In this document: positions 47,475 through 57,651 of the stretch, one piece after another
Layout: every line of letters begins with the position of its first letter
Numbering within the stretch: position 1 is the first letter of the stretch
From: Gemmatimonadota bacterium
Lineage (GTDB): Bacteria > Gemmatimonadota > Gemmatimonadetes > Gemmatimonadales > GWC2-71-9
Length of the DNA: 64,000 nt
NCBI GenBank assembly: GCA_036679605.1
Contig: JAZDCZ010000254.1
Coordinates: 32,001 to 96,000 of the forward strand
Direction of reading: 5' to 3'
The notes under the pieces: generated by a model
Told to the model about the DNA's origin: nothing
Database searches by the model: none
What the model saw: the letters and a program-made list of their open reading frames with translations, nothing else
Made by a program: the position numbers and the translations under genes

Positions 47475-50029
47475 AACTGCCGTTCGCTTTGGTCATGGCC
47501 TTGCGTGAAACCCGCTCCAGTAGGCGGCGCCTCGGTCTCTACACCGGGGCGATCGGACTGGGTGTTGCTGCGCTGGTATCGATCAATTCCTTCAGAGCCA
47601 ATGTCGCAACCGCCATCAACAACGAATCCCGCAACTTGCTCGGTGCAGATCTGGAACTCCGCAGCCGTAGGCCGTTCTCCGACGAAACCCAACTGGTGCT
47701 GGACTCGACGGAAGTGGATGGACTTGCGGTCTCGTACGTGACCACGTTCAACTCGATGGTCCTTTCGAAGCGAACCGGCCTAACGCGCTTCATCGAAGTA
47801 AGAGGAATCGAGGGACCGTATCCCTACTACGGTCAGGTAGTAACCGAGCCACCGGGACGCTGGGGAACAATGGGCAATCGACACTGGATCGTCGTGGACC
47901 CCGCGGTAATGGTCCAGCTGAACACCATACGAGGTGACACGGTGTCGTTGGGGGACGCCAAATTCGTCTTGGACGCATCGGTTGTCAAAGTTCCGGGAGA
48001 CATCGGATTCCGCAGCGTTTTCGCACCGCGCATTTACGTTCCCGCCAAGTACTTGGACGAGACCGGGCTGCTCGGGTTCGGCACGAGGACCAGCTACCGG
48101 GCCTACCTGAAATTCACTGACGACCGGAGCCTCAATGACTTCCTGGAGTCGCACCTCACGCTCCTACGCAGTGAGGGTATCGGATACGATACGGCCTCGG
48201 AGCGTCAGGAAGATATTGCCCGGTCGTTGGACCTGCTCACCCGATTCCTCGGAATGGTTGGTCTCATCGCGCTGCTGCTGGGTGGCATCGGTGTGGCAAG
48301 TGCTATTCACGTTTTCATCAAGGAGAAACTCCCGACCGTCGCAATACTGCGCTGCCTCGGCACAAGGCAATCGACCATTCTGGCAATCTACGTAGCTCAA
48401 GCCGCCTTGACCGGATTAGTCGGCGCAATCGCGGGTGCTATGCTCGGTGTACTAGTGCAAGTCAATCTGCCCACCGTATTGGCCGATTTCCTGCCCCTGG
48501 AGGTACCGACGTTTATTGAGTGGCCTACCGTGCTTGCCGGGTTGGGCATAGGCGTGTGGGCGTCGGTAGCATTTGCACTGCTTCCGCTCCTAACCGTGCG
48601 GAACGTTTCGCCATTGCAAGCACTCCGCAGTGATGTGGAACAATCTCCGCCTCGCAGCCGCGCTCGATACTGGATCTACTTGGCGTTAGTCATAACGGTG
48701 TTTGCCTTGAGCCTGTGGCAAGCCCCGGAGTTGCAAGTGGGCGCGGCGTTTGCCGGAGCAATCATTGGCGCAACCGGCTTGCTCTGGGTTGCGGCTTGGA
48801 TCATGATGAAAATGATACGGCGTTTGCTCCGACGACGCCTCACATACATTGTTCGCCAAGGAGTGGCCAACCTTTATCGACCCCACAACCAAACCATTGC
48901 AGTGACCCTTGCGGTGGGGTTCGGCGTCTTCTTGATCACCTCGCTCTACGTTGTGCAGAACAACCTCATCTCGCAGTTGTCGGTGGACGAGTCTTCTGAT
49001 GCGCCAAGTCTCGTGCTGTTCGATATCCAAAAAAGTCAAAAGGACAGTGTCGAGCGGATTATTGCTGCCAACGGGATGCCGGTGCTGGGCGTCACTGCAA
49101 TCGCGCCCGCCAGAATCTCGCACCTGAACGGCAGGCCCGTGCCTGAACTGCTCACCGACACCACATCTCCTCGAAGAAACCGTTGGCCGCTGACTCGGGA
49201 GTACCGCAACACCTATCGTGACTCCCTCTTGCCATCGGAGCAGATCGTCTCGGGAAGCTGGTGGGATCCGGATGATCCCTTGGCAGGAACTCCACGTAGC
49301 GAACGAATCGCTAGAATATCGCTTGAGGACGACCTGGCTTCTCGACTCAGGGTCAGCGTCGGAGATCACATCACTTGGGATCTTCAAGGAGTCCCCATTG
49401 AGACTGAGATAGCAAGTCTGCGCACAGTCGACTGGGCGCAGCTCAATCTCAACTTTTTCGCCGTCTTCGAACCCGGCGCGATAGATGATGCACCACAGAC
49501 ATTCGTTGCCCTCACGGGAGACGAAAGCGCCTTGCGGCGTGCAGAACTGCAGCGTGACATCGTGGTGGCGTTTCCCAACGTGTCAGCGGTGGACCTCACG
49601 TTGCTACAGGAAACCGTCAACAAGATTGTCGGAAGCGTCACATTTGCGATCCGGTTCATGGCAGTGTTCAGCATCGCAAGCGGGCTCATTGTCTTGTTTG
49701 GTGCGGTCGCCACATCGCGGTTCCAGCGCATCCGAGAGAGCGTGTTACTGAGAACGCTGGGAGCCGAGCGCCGTCAAATAATGCTTATGCTCTTTACGGA
49801 GTACAGTGCGCTGGGATTGCTGTCGGGCGTCACCGGAACGGTGCTCGGAACCGCTGCAGGATGGGCGCTAATTACCTATCTCTTCGAGATGTCATTCGAA
49901 ACACCTCCCGTAGCACTGCTCGCTTTCTGCTTAGGAACTGTAGCGATCACGATAATGGTCGGGCTGGGTGCCAGCCGAGAGGTGGTCAACCGACCACCGC
50001 TGGCTGTTATCAGGCAGATGGCGCAGTAG
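47471..50029 (+). CDS. ybbP: ABC transporter permease (YbbP-like, duplicated FtsX)
   Basis: LLGADLEL, VAILRCLG, LFDIQ, SLRTVDW..LNFF, ESVLLRTLGA. Confidence 0.85.
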   Translation: MKLPFALVMALRETRSSRRRLGLYTGAIGLGVAALVSINSFRANVATAINNESRNLLGADLELRSRRPFSDETQLVLDSTEVDGLAVSYVTTFNSMVLSKRTGLTRFIEVRGIEGPYPYYGQVVTEPPGRWGTMGNRHWIVVDPAVMVQLNTIRGDTVSLGDAKFVLDASVVKVPGDIGFRSVFAPRIYVPAKYLDETGLLGFGTRTSYRAYLKFTDDRSLNDFLESHLTLLRSEGIGYDTASERQEDIARSLDLLTRFLGMVGLIALLLGGIGVASAIHVFIKEKLPTVAILRCLGTRQSTILAIYVAQAALTGLVGAIAGAMLGVLVQVNLPTVLADFLPLEVPTFIEWPTVLAGLGIGVWASVAFALLPLLTVRNVSPLQALRSDVEQSPPRSRARYWIYLALVITVFALSLWQAPELQVGAAFAGAIIGATGLLWVAAWIMMKMIRRLLRRRLTYIVRQGVANLYRPHNQTIAVTLAVGFGVFLITSLYVVQNNLISQLSVDESSDAPSLVLFDIQKSQKDSVERIIAANGMPVLGVTAIAPARISHLNGRPVPELLTDTTSPRRNRWPLTREYRNTYRDSLLPSEQIVSGSWWDPDDPLAGTPRSERIARISLEDDLASRLRVSVGDHITWDLQGVPIETEIASLRTVDWAQLNLNFFAVFEPGAIDDAPQTFVALTGDESALRRAELQRDIVVAFPNVSAVDLTLLQETVNKIVGSVTFAIRFMAVFSIASGLIVLFGAVATSRFQRIRESVLLRTLGAERRQIMLMLFTEYSALGLLSGVTGTVLGTAAGWALITYLFEMSFETPPVALLAFCLGTVAITIMVGLGASREVVNRPPLAVIRQMAQ

Positions 50030-50177
50030 CGAACGGTCTTGTAGCGGACCGCATTGCAACTTGTACAGCCCTTCCCACCCACATCTGACCACAGCCTGCG
50101 CAGCCCAATGGCAAACGAACTTCTGACACACGACTCTGGGACTATCCGATCGGCAGGATATAGCACAGATTTAGGCC

Positions 50178-50564
50178 ATGTCTGACTCAAGCAAGAGACT
50201 TGTAGTAGTGGGCGACCGCGTCCTGATAACCCCGGAAGAAGGGGAGGAACGGACGACGGTCGGACTCTACTTGCCACCTACAGCCGTAGATCGCCAGGCT
50301 ATCCAGAGCGGTCGCATCATCGCAACCGGACCGGGAACGCCGCTGCCGGCTCCGAGCGAGTTGGATGAAGAGCCGTGGAAGATAGACGACAAAGTCACCC
50401 GTTACGTACCGATGCAGGCACGGGTAGGTGACTTCGCGCTTTTTTTCCGAAAGGCGGCCGTTGAGATCAGCTTCGAAGACCAGCGGTATCTTGTGGTCTC
50501 CCAAGCCGCGATATTGGTACTCGTCAGATCAAACGATCCGTTGGATGCCTTCAAATCCGTGTGA
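50178..50564 (+). CDS. GroES/Cpn10-family protein (orphan)
   Basis: VGDRVLI.P...T.VGLYLP...GPG...GDFALF; no groEL adjacent. Confidence 0.8.
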   Translation: MSDSSKRLVVVGDRVLITPEEGEERTTVGLYLPPTAVDRQAIQSGRIIATGPGTPLPAPSELDEEPWKIDDKVTRYVPMQARVGDFALFFRKAAVEISFEDQRYLVVSQAAILVLVRSNDPLDAFKSV

Positions 50565-50573
50565 GCCGCCGTT

Positions 50574-51014
50574 ATGACACCACCTGACGATACTCCCCCG
50601 AAACGCGCTTCCAATCTCATTTTCTTGTGTGTTGCCAACTCAGCACGGAGCCAGATCGCCGAGGCGCTAGCGCGAGTATCTGCCCCTGAGGGGTGGGAGA
50701 TCTTCAGTGCGGGGTCCAACCCCAGACTAATGCACCCTCTCGCGGTCGAAGTAATGAGCGAGATGGACATCGACATCAGCGACCATCGGTCCAAGAGTTT
50801 GGATGACGTACCGTTGGATGACGCCGATGTAGTTGTTACTCTGTGCGCCGAGGAAGTTTGTCCGGCGATTCCGAGTGGTACAGACCACATACAGTGGCAG
50901 TTACTGGATCCGGTCACTCAGGGAGACACGGTCAGACACCAGTTCGATGCTTTCCGTGCGACACGTGATGATCTCAAAACCAGGATCGATAAGTTTTGGA
51001 AAGAAAGGGGCTGA
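50574..51014 (+). CDS. arsC: LMW-PTP family arsenate reductase (ArsC-like)
   Basis: FLCVANSARSQIAE, SAGS, VTLCAEEVCP, W.LLDP. Confidence 0.82.
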   Translation: MTPPDDTPPKRASNLIFLCVANSARSQIAEALARVSAPEGWEIFSAGSNPRLMHPLAVEVMSEMDIDISDHRSKSLDDVPLDDADVVVTLCAEEVCPAIPSGTDHIQWQLLDPVTQGDTVRHQFDAFRATRDDLKTRIDKFWKERG

Positions 51015-51016
51015 GG

Positions 51017-51244
51017 TTGTCTGCTCCGACCATGGTCCTGCTGCTCCTCTTGGCGATCGGGTTCATCGCTTTCGTAGCCGTTCCCCCTCGCGCAAACTCA
51101 TCCGCCGGCGGGACCACCGATGATATCGACTTGGATGAATTGACGAAGGCTGAAAGTGAGATTGAGGAACTCGACGTGATGACAAGTCCTGAGGATGCCG
51201 CTGACAAAATTCCGGATTGGGGCCCTGGTGCCCCTAAGAGTTGA
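51017..51244 (+). CDS. Small membrane-anchored acidic protein
   Basis: TM segment, then acidic tail ending PDWGPGAPK; start uncertain (51017 or 51032). Confidence 0.6.
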   Translation: MSAPTMVLLLLLAIGFIAFVAVPPRANSSAGGTTDDIDLDELTKAESEIEELDVMTSPEDAADKIPDWGPGAPKS

Positions 51245-51247
51245 TAG

Positions 51248-52576
51248 CTAGAGCACCTCTACACCGCTTGCCGTCACCCTATGCGACACTAACTTCAACA
51301 CGGATTCCGGGGTCTCCGGACTGATTTGAATCGCTTCCTCCAGCACGGTGAGTCCACGGGTAACCGCATCGTCATCATTGGCGTGAACTAACGCAATCGG
51401 ATCACCTCGCTCGACTCGATCTCCGGGTTTTGCCAGGATTGAAAAACCGACCGTGTAGTCTATCTTGGATTCCTTTGTCAACCGACCTCCCCCCAACTCC
51501 ACTATCGCCTTCCCGATCGCCCGGACATCGATCTGCGCCAGGAAACCGGCCTCCTTGGCAACGAGACTTTCGACATAGGTAGCCCGTGGTAGCCGAGACG
51601 TGTCCTCCATCACTTTGGGATCTCCACCCTGAGCTTCGATTATTTCGCCGAATTTGGCGGCGGCCCGTCCCGTCGTGATCGCTCGTTCCAAAGACTTGCG
51701 CGCAGCAAGAGCGTCCTGTTCCACAGCACCAAGAATCAGCATCTCGACGCCGAGTGCGTACACCACCTCCATGAGATCATCGGGCCCGTTTCCGTGCAGA
51801 GCGGAGATAGCTTCTTCTGTCTCGAGTGCGTTGCCACACGCGATCCCCAAGGGGCGATCCATTGCAGTTAGCAGAACAACGGTTCGGCAGCCGCGTTCTT
51901 CGCCTAGGTCTATCATCGTCTTTGCAAGGGCAAGTTCATCGTCGAGCCTGGGCAGGAACGCCCCATCCCCCCGCTTGATGTCGAGCACGAGCCCGTTCAA
52001 TCCCTCGCACAATTTCTTGGACATGATGCTGGCGGCTATGAGCGGTATCTTTTCAATGGTGGCCGTAGCGTCCCGCAAGGCGTAGAGCTTACGGTCTGCT
52101 GGAGCTATCTCAGCGGTTTGTCCCATCAGTACGCATCCCAACTCCTCGACCTGCTTCTTGGCTCGCTCTAACGGGATGTCTGTCGTGAATCTGGGTATGG
52201 ATTCGAGCTTGTCGAGCGTCCCACCGGTATGTCCTAACGACCGCCCAGATATCATGGGAACCAATATGCCGCAGCTTGCCACAAGCGGTGCCAGCACGAG
52301 CGACACTTTATCTCCCACTCCACCGGTGGAATGCTTGTCTATGCGAGGACCGACGTCGGGGCCAAAGTCCAGGCGCGACCCCGAATTACGCATTGCGTCG
52401 GTTAGGGCACCGAGTTCGGCCGCAGTCAGTCCATTTAGGAAAGCGGCCATCAGGAGCGCCGCCATCTGATAGTCCGGGATCCGGCCAGCCGTGTATTCAG
52501 AGACTAAGCCAGTCCACTCCTCCGCGGTCAGAGCACCACCATCCCGCTTGCGTTCAATCAGTGGGATCGTCAACAT
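51248..52576 (-). CDS. pdp: Pyrimidine-nucleoside / thymidine phosphorylase
   Basis: DKHSTGGVGDK, SGRSLGHTGGTLDKLE, SIMSKK. Confidence 0.93.
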   Translation of the reverse strand: MLTIPLIERKRDGGALTAEEWTGLVSEYTAGRIPDYQMAALLMAAFLNGLTAAELGALTDAMRNSGSRLDFGPDVGPRIDKHSTGGVGDKVSLVLAPLVASCGILVPMISGRSLGHTGGTLDKLESIPRFTTDIPLERAKKQVEELGCVLMGQTAEIAPADRKLYALRDATATIEKIPLIAASIMSKKLCEGLNGLVLDIKRGDGAFLPRLDDELALAKTMIDLGEERGCRTVVLLTAMDRPLGIACGNALETEEAISALHGNGPDDLMEVVYALGVEMLILGAVEQDALAARKSLERAITTGRAAAKFGEIIEAQGGDPKVMEDTSRLPRATYVESLVAKEAGFLAQIDVRAIGKAIVELGGGRLTKESKIDYTVGFSILAKPGDRVERGDPIALVHANDDDAVTRGLTVLEEAIQISPETPESVLKLVSHRVTASGVEVL

Positions 52577-52611
52577 ATTTTTCTGTCAGTTTGCAGATTT
52601 GCGATACCGGC

Positions 52612-52944
52612 TCAGTGCCGCAGTCGGCGCTTCAATTGCCGTTTCTTCCTCCGGAACTCACGGATGGCGTCTCCACGCAAGTCGCTGAGCTGACTTTGCG
52701 CATCGTCCTGCAGATCTTTGAAGCCCCTTCGCAGCCGGCTTCGGACCTTGGTTCCCGCCTCGGGTGCGATCAATAGCGCAAACCCGGCACCGACTAGGAG
52801 ACCCATTACTAGTCCGGTGGCAAAGCCTCTTACTCCATGGACAACTCCACGATCTTCCAGTTCATCAAACTCGTCGACGTCCTCCAGATCGTCCTCGTCT
52901 AGCAATTCATCTTCCAACAGTTCTAAGTCATCGTCGTGTGGCAT
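52612..52944 (-). CDS. YtxH-domain protein with acidic N-terminus
   Basis: GLLVGAGFALLIAPEAGTKVR. Confidence 0.8.
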   Translation of the reverse strand: MPHDDDLELLEDELLDEDDLEDVDEFDELEDRGVVHGVRGFATGLVMGLLVGAGFALLIAPEAGTKVRSRLRRGFKDLQDDAQSQLSDLRGDAIREFRRKKRQLKRRLRH

Positions 52945-54308
52945 TACTCGTTCCCTCCTTCATCTGTGCGCCCAGCAGACTGCATGAGGCGCTCAATCTC
53001 CGCCGTGCTCCGAGGAGCACCAGCAGACAGAATTTCGTATCCTGTGGCTGTTACCAAAATATCATCTTCAATTCGGACACCCAACTGTTCCTCGGCGATG
53101 TATATGCCGGGTTCCACAGTAAGCACGGCACCCGGCTGGAGAGGCAGGGAGTAATCTCCAACGTCGTGCACGCGCATTCCGATCCAATGACTCAGACCGT
53201 GAATGAAGTATCGGGTGCAGTCCTGACTACCGCACAGGTTACCGCTATGACCGGCCATATACTCGCGCGCAATTCTAGTCAGTTCCCTAACTCTTATGCC
53301 CGGCCTTATGGCTTCAATCGCCGCCTGCTGCGTACCAAGCACTAGATCATAGATGGCCTTCTGCCTTTCACTGAAATGACCGTTTACAGGTATGGTGCGG
53401 GTGACGTCCGCAGAGTATTGTGCGTATTCGGCACCGACATCGACTACCACCAGATCACCATTCTTCATTTTCCGCCTGTTTACGTCGTAGTGCAGAGTGG
53501 TGCTGTTCGGCCCGCTTCCAACAATTGAAGCGAATCCCAACCTGTCGGCTCCGAGGTTGCGGAAGGTGTATTCTACGGTGGCCTCCAGTTGATACTCGTA
53601 AAGACCTGCCCTCGCGACACTCATTGCCGCTTTATGCGCCTCAGTGGTGATCGTGATCGCACGACGTAGCGCCGCGATCTCCACTCGATCTTTGATGACG
53701 CGCATACTGTCGATACTCGGAACGATATTGCGGAGACTCCATCCCGATGATTTCCACTTCAGTATCTGCTCATTGCCTTGGGTCCCATGCCATAGAACCG
53801 TGTAGAGTGGGCCAGAGTTATTCGCGATCGCTTGCTCCACATCTCGACTGAAGCTCGACCGATCCAGGACCCTCACTTCTTGGATGCCGATCAAATCGAC
53901 CGTCGCTTCATCGGGACCGAGCTTTCTGCCGGTCCACTGCTCCCTGCGCGGATCACGCGGCGGCAGATACAAGACGGCGGAACCTTGCCCGTCATCCGAA
54001 GCCATCAGCAACAACCAAGCACCTGGTGTCTCGATCCCGGTTAGATAGAAGAAGTAATCATCCTGACGAAAATCGTTATCCTGCAATACCACTTGTTCTA
54101 GATTGCGCCGCTTAGCAGCCGGAACCGCGATTACTCCGTTACCGATTCGATTCATCAGAGCTTTCCGCCGACCACGGAATGCTTCGATCTCTACTGGACG
54201 CCCAGCTCCCGGAAGTTCCTCAATAGGATTTGACGCCACATCGACTACTTGCGACACCGCGGTCTGGGCAGTAACAGTCAGCAGTACCAGTACCATCATA
54301 TATTGCAT
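52944..54308 (-). CDS. pepP: Xaa-Pro aminopeptidase (M24B), exported
   Basis: FRQDDYFFYLTG, LHY, VDVGAE, ADVTRT, HGLSHWIG.VHD, TVEPGIY, GVRIED. Confidence 0.92.
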   Translation of the reverse strand: MQYMMVLVLLTVTAQTAVSQVVDVASNPIEELPGAGRPVEIEAFRGRRKALMNRIGNGVIAVPAAKRRNLEQVVLQDNDFRQDDYFFYLTGIETPGAWLLLMASDDGQGSAVLYLPPRDPRREQWTGRKLGPDEATVDLIGIQEVRVLDRSSFSRDVEQAIANNSGPLYTVLWHGTQGNEQILKWKSSGWSLRNIVPSIDSMRVIKDRVEIAALRRAITITTEAHKAAMSVARAGLYEYQLEATVEYTFRNLGADRLGFASIVGSGPNSTTLHYDVNRRKMKNGDLVVVDVGAEYAQYSADVTRTIPVNGHFSERQKAIYDLVLGTQQAAIEAIRPGIRVRELTRIAREYMAGHSGNLCGSQDCTRYFIHGLSHWIGMRVHDVGDYSLPLQPGAVLTVEPGIYIAEEQLGVRIEDDILVTATGYEILSAGAPRSTAEIERLMQSAGRTDEGGNE

Positions 54309-54406
54309 GTATAGTCGTCCTTACTGTTGGTATTGGATTGTAGCGCCTTGACGTATGTCCGTCGAGCCCGACAAACTATGCATATACCCAGGTTGATAGG
54401 ATCAAC

Positions 54407-55195
54407 ATGACGGATACTCAAATCTCTTCCGACAACACCGAGGTCGAGCGACTCAGAGAACGCGTCCAGGAGTTGGAGCAAGAGCGCAAACATCTACAAG
54501 TTGTGGTCGAAATCCTGCAGGAGATCTCTGGAACGCTGCACTTCGTAGATATCCTACAGACGATTGCGCGGAAATTGGGCGAAACGTTCGGACTAGACCG
54601 CTGTTCCATATTTCTGGTCGAAGAGGGGACCTCCACAGCCCGGCTCGTTGCCTCTTACGAAGATCCCAGCATCAGGAACTATGTGGTTGATCTCACCCGA
54701 TACCCGGAACTCGAAAGAGCACTTGAATCGGGTGAAACCGTGTACATCGCCGATGCGCAAGCGGACCCGACTCTGAAGCACATAAAGGGCGTGCTCCAGA
54801 ACAGGCAGGTCCAAAGTATCACAGTCGTCCCTATCACATGGCGTGACGCTTCCATCGGGGCAATATTCCTCCGCACGTTCCGTGACGGTCCCTCGTTCTC
54901 CGATTCCGACGTACGATTCACTCAAGTGGTAGGAGACTTGGCCGCGAAAATGATGCGCAACGCATACCGCTATGAGCAGGCCGTCGAGCGCGAGTCGAGC
55001 ACATCCGAACGTAGCCGCTGTGCCGAGTTCGAGCGCAAGACACTCGTGGGGTTCCTGCGACGACTATTGGATGCATATGCGAATCGTGAGGGCACCTTGG
55101 GAGAGGGACTGCTATCCCGGACCTCTAGCGAGGAATTGGATCGGTTGGTAGACGTTGCCATGACCGTCATCAAGGAAGAGGCTAAGGGACGGTAG
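54407..55195 (+). CDS. Coiled-coil plus GAF domain protein without recognisable output domain
   Basis: LDRCSIFL, YPELERAL.SGE, SITVVPI...IGAIFL, FSDSD. Confidence 0.8.
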   Translation: MTDTQISSDNTEVERLRERVQELEQERKHLQVVVEILQEISGTLHFVDILQTIARKLGETFGLDRCSIFLVEEGTSTARLVASYEDPSIRNYVVDLTRYPELERALESGETVYIADAQADPTLKHIKGVLQNRQVQSITVVPITWRDASIGAIFLRTFRDGPSFSDSDVRFTQVVGDLAAKMMRNAYRYEQAVERESSTSERSRCAEFERKTLVGFLRRLLDAYANREGTLGEGLLSRTSSEELDRLVDVAMTVIKEEAKGR

Positions 55196-55255
55196 ACTTG
55201 CGTAGTTCGTAGCTCGCTACCTAAGTTGCCAGTACTTAATGCCATATATTCTGTT

Positions 55256-55810
55256 ATGACTGAGACATTACAACTCAACGGCGAGATAATCGGCGTGGGG
55301 CCCAGCTTGCTCCACGCGATGCGAAAGGCGTTGGACCGTGATCTCGGCGAACAGGCTGGCGCCTGCCTCCAGGAAGCGGGGTACGCCGCGGGCGAGCAGG
55401 TCTATGACAGCTTCCGCAACTGGCTGCCATCTTACACCGGCATTGACGATCCCGCGGATTTGGATGCGGACACTCTCGGAGAGGTTCTGTCGGCATATTT
55501 TGAGGCCCTTGGGTGGGGAAGGCTTACGGTTGAGCGTGCCGGGCAACTGGGCATCACGATCAGTTCAACCAACTGGGCCGAATCAGAGCCCAATGGCGAT
55601 GCGGAACTGCCATCCTGTTATGTGGCCTCGGGACTTTTTGCAAACTTTATCGGACGACTCGCGCGCACACCCGTGGCAGTGATGGAGGTGGAGTGCCGTA
55701 CCAGAAACGAAGCACACTGTAGGTTTCTAGTGGGGTCGCCCGAGACAATGGAATCGGTCTACGAAGCTCTCACTAACGGCCGCGACTACGAGTCAGCCCT
55801 GTCTCCCTGA
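55256..55810 (+). CDS. V4R (4-vinyl reductase) domain protein
   Basis: AGYAAGE, LGWG, SCYVASG, MEVECRTRNEAHCRF. Confidence 0.82.
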   Translation: MTETLQLNGEIIGVGPSLLHAMRKALDRDLGEQAGACLQEAGYAAGEQVYDSFRNWLPSYTGIDDPADLDADTLGEVLSAYFEALGWGRLTVERAGQLGITISSTNWAESEPNGDAELPSCYVASGLFANFIGRLARTPVAVMEVECRTRNEAHCRFLVGSPETMESVYEALTNGRDYESALSP

Positions 55811-56307
55811 TCCATCCATTCCGCATATTCGGGCCGCACAACCAGTTCCCCATCCAAAATGACTTCGCGATCCCAGGGCAGAATGATCATGCTCTCCGTG
55901 GCCATGGCATAGTAATCTGGATCGTAGGATCCTGTCTGAAACGACACCGCAGTCCTAACTTCGGCCGGCCGCAGATTCTTGACAGCCGCTGTAGCCAGCT
56001 TCAGAGTATCTCCTGAGTCACATGTCTCATCTACCACGAGAATACGCCGTCCTGCAACGCTAGGCGGCGGCTCCGTTACAAGTGTAGGTCGCTCTTCTTG
56101 ACCCAGACGCGTGACTCCCATGGAAGCAAAATCGCGTTGCATTATGCACGCCACTACTACCCCGGGAATGACACCCGCCTTGGCAATACCAAGGACTAGT
56201 TCGGGGTCGTAGTCACCCTCGATGCGGAGTGCCAAAGACCGGCACAATTCCCCAAAAAAGGTCCAGTTAATCTCCAGGACGTCACGATGGCTGCGAGGAG
56301 TAGTCAT
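55786..56307 (-). CDS. Type I phosphoribosyltransferase
   Basis: LGIAKAGVIP, PRPP loop ILVVDETCDSGDT, IILPW. Confidence 0.88.
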   Translation of the reverse strand: MTTPRSHRDVLEINWTFFGELCRSLALRIEGDYDPELVLGIAKAGVIPGVVVACIMQRDFASMGVTRLGQEERPTLVTEPPPSVAGRRILVVDETCDSGDTLKLATAAVKNLRPAEVRTAVSFQTGSYDPDYYAMATESMIILPWDREVILDGELVVRPEYAEWMDQGDRADS

Positions 56308-56411
56308 GGTTTGAGCGTCTATACGGTTTGCAGTTTACTAGAACGACCGGCAGCAGTGAAGGGTCACGCGTTTGCTTCGACATAGATGCTTCGGTATCTT
56401 GCGCCCTAGCC

Positions 56412-56846
56412 ATGGCTTTCTGGAATCGCCTCTTTGGACGGCGCCGAGGCGCGGCACTCAAGCCCCAGCGGCTCGACTACCTCAACGAGGCGTTGGCCCT
56501 GGAGCGCCAGGGTGATTATGATGCCGCACTAACATCATATCGTCTCGCCCTGCGTGATCATCCCACAGATACTCGTATCCTGCAGAACATGGCGATCGCC
56601 TACACGAAGACTCAACGTGTTGATGAGGCCATCAGGTACTATCGAAAAGCTCTGGAGATTGATGAGACCCTAGCGGGCGCCCACTACGGCCTGGCGTTTC
56701 TTCTCATCCGACGCGGCGAGACCGACCACGCAACCAAGCACCTCCAGACTTTTCTCGCACGCCCTCCCCGCGGTCCCGATGCCGACAAATGGATCCAACA
56801 CGCTCGTGTCGCCCTGGAGGACATGGGAGTCCGGGAGGAGATCTGA
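56412..56846 (+). CDS. TPR-repeat protein
   Basis: GDYDAALTSYRLAL..P, EAIRYYRKALEID, AHYGLA. Confidence 0.85.
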   Translation: MAFWNRLFGRRRGAALKPQRLDYLNEALALERQGDYDAALTSYRLALRDHPTDTRILQNMAIAYTKTQRVDEAIRYYRKALEIDETLAGAHYGLAFLLIRRGETDHATKHLQTFLARPPRGPDADKWIQHARVALEDMGVREEI

Positions 56847-57586
56847 AGACCAGGGGGATCATTGCAGTCCTGACCACGGCGTGCATATCGATCACGAGCG
56901 GACCCGGTGGGATCGCAGCCATCGAGGTAGACGGACTCTCCCAACGCTCTCTGGAAGAAGGCGACACGCTGTCCCTTGTCGCCCGTGCTGTAGACGCCAA
57001 CAATCAGGTCGTGACCGACGCCCAAGTCATCTGGGAAATCTTGGATGTCGACAGCGGGCAGGTCGGGATTACACTGGACGAAACCTCTGGTTTGATAACC
57101 GCAGGTGCACCCGGTACCGCACGAGTCCAAGCCTCGGTGGGGTCGCTCAGATCGGGGATTCTAGCCATAACGGTAGTCCCTGCCCCGGATTCCATTGCCG
57201 TCTCAGGAGATTCTCTGATCACGATAGCAGTGGGGGCCACCACATCACCCGACCTCGCTGTTGTCCTTCTGGATCTCACGACCTTTCCCGATTCTCAGAT
57301 TCCACTTGCCGGAAGGCCGGTACATTTTTCGGTAACTGTCCCGACTCCGGGCGGCACTGACACCGAAGGATTCTTTCTCACGCAAATCGACACCGTGCCA
57401 GGCGCGACCCCGCATGAGTTTGCAGCGTTGACTGATGGATCGGGTCGGGCGTCGATCGTGCTGCGACTTGTGACGGGGTCCACAGTGCCCGATACTACTG
57501 TGGTCGAGGCGGTTTCCCTGACCGCCGCGGGGGACACTGTGCCCGGGACACCGGTCAGATTCGTAGTACAGTTTCTGAGCAACTAG
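56843..57586 (+). CDS. Ig-like domain lipoprotein (probable CTG start)
   Basis: GGAGGAG RBS, lipobox TTAC, BIG-like V.W...GLITA..PGTARVQA. Confidence 0.65.
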   Translation: MKTRGIIAVLTTACISITSGPGGIAAIEVDGLSQRSLEEGDTLSLVARAVDANNQVVTDAQVIWEILDVDSGQVGITLDETSGLITAGAPGTARVQASVGSLRSGILAITVVPAPDSIAVSGDSLITIAVGATTSPDLAVVLLDLTTFPDSQIPLAGRPVHFSVTVPTPGGTDTEGFFLTQIDTVPGATPHEFAALTDGSGRASIVLRLVTGSTVPDTTVVEAVSLTAAGDTVPGTPVRFVVQFLSN

Positions 57587-57651
57587 TGGATCGTATTTCG
57601 GTTACAAGCCACTAGAGTACTGCATAGCAGAAATCATTCTGGAGACGCTGC

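Noticed and set aside
50574..51014. Arsenic resistance operon
   Set aside because: Single ArsC/LMW-PTP gene without arsR, arsB or acr3.
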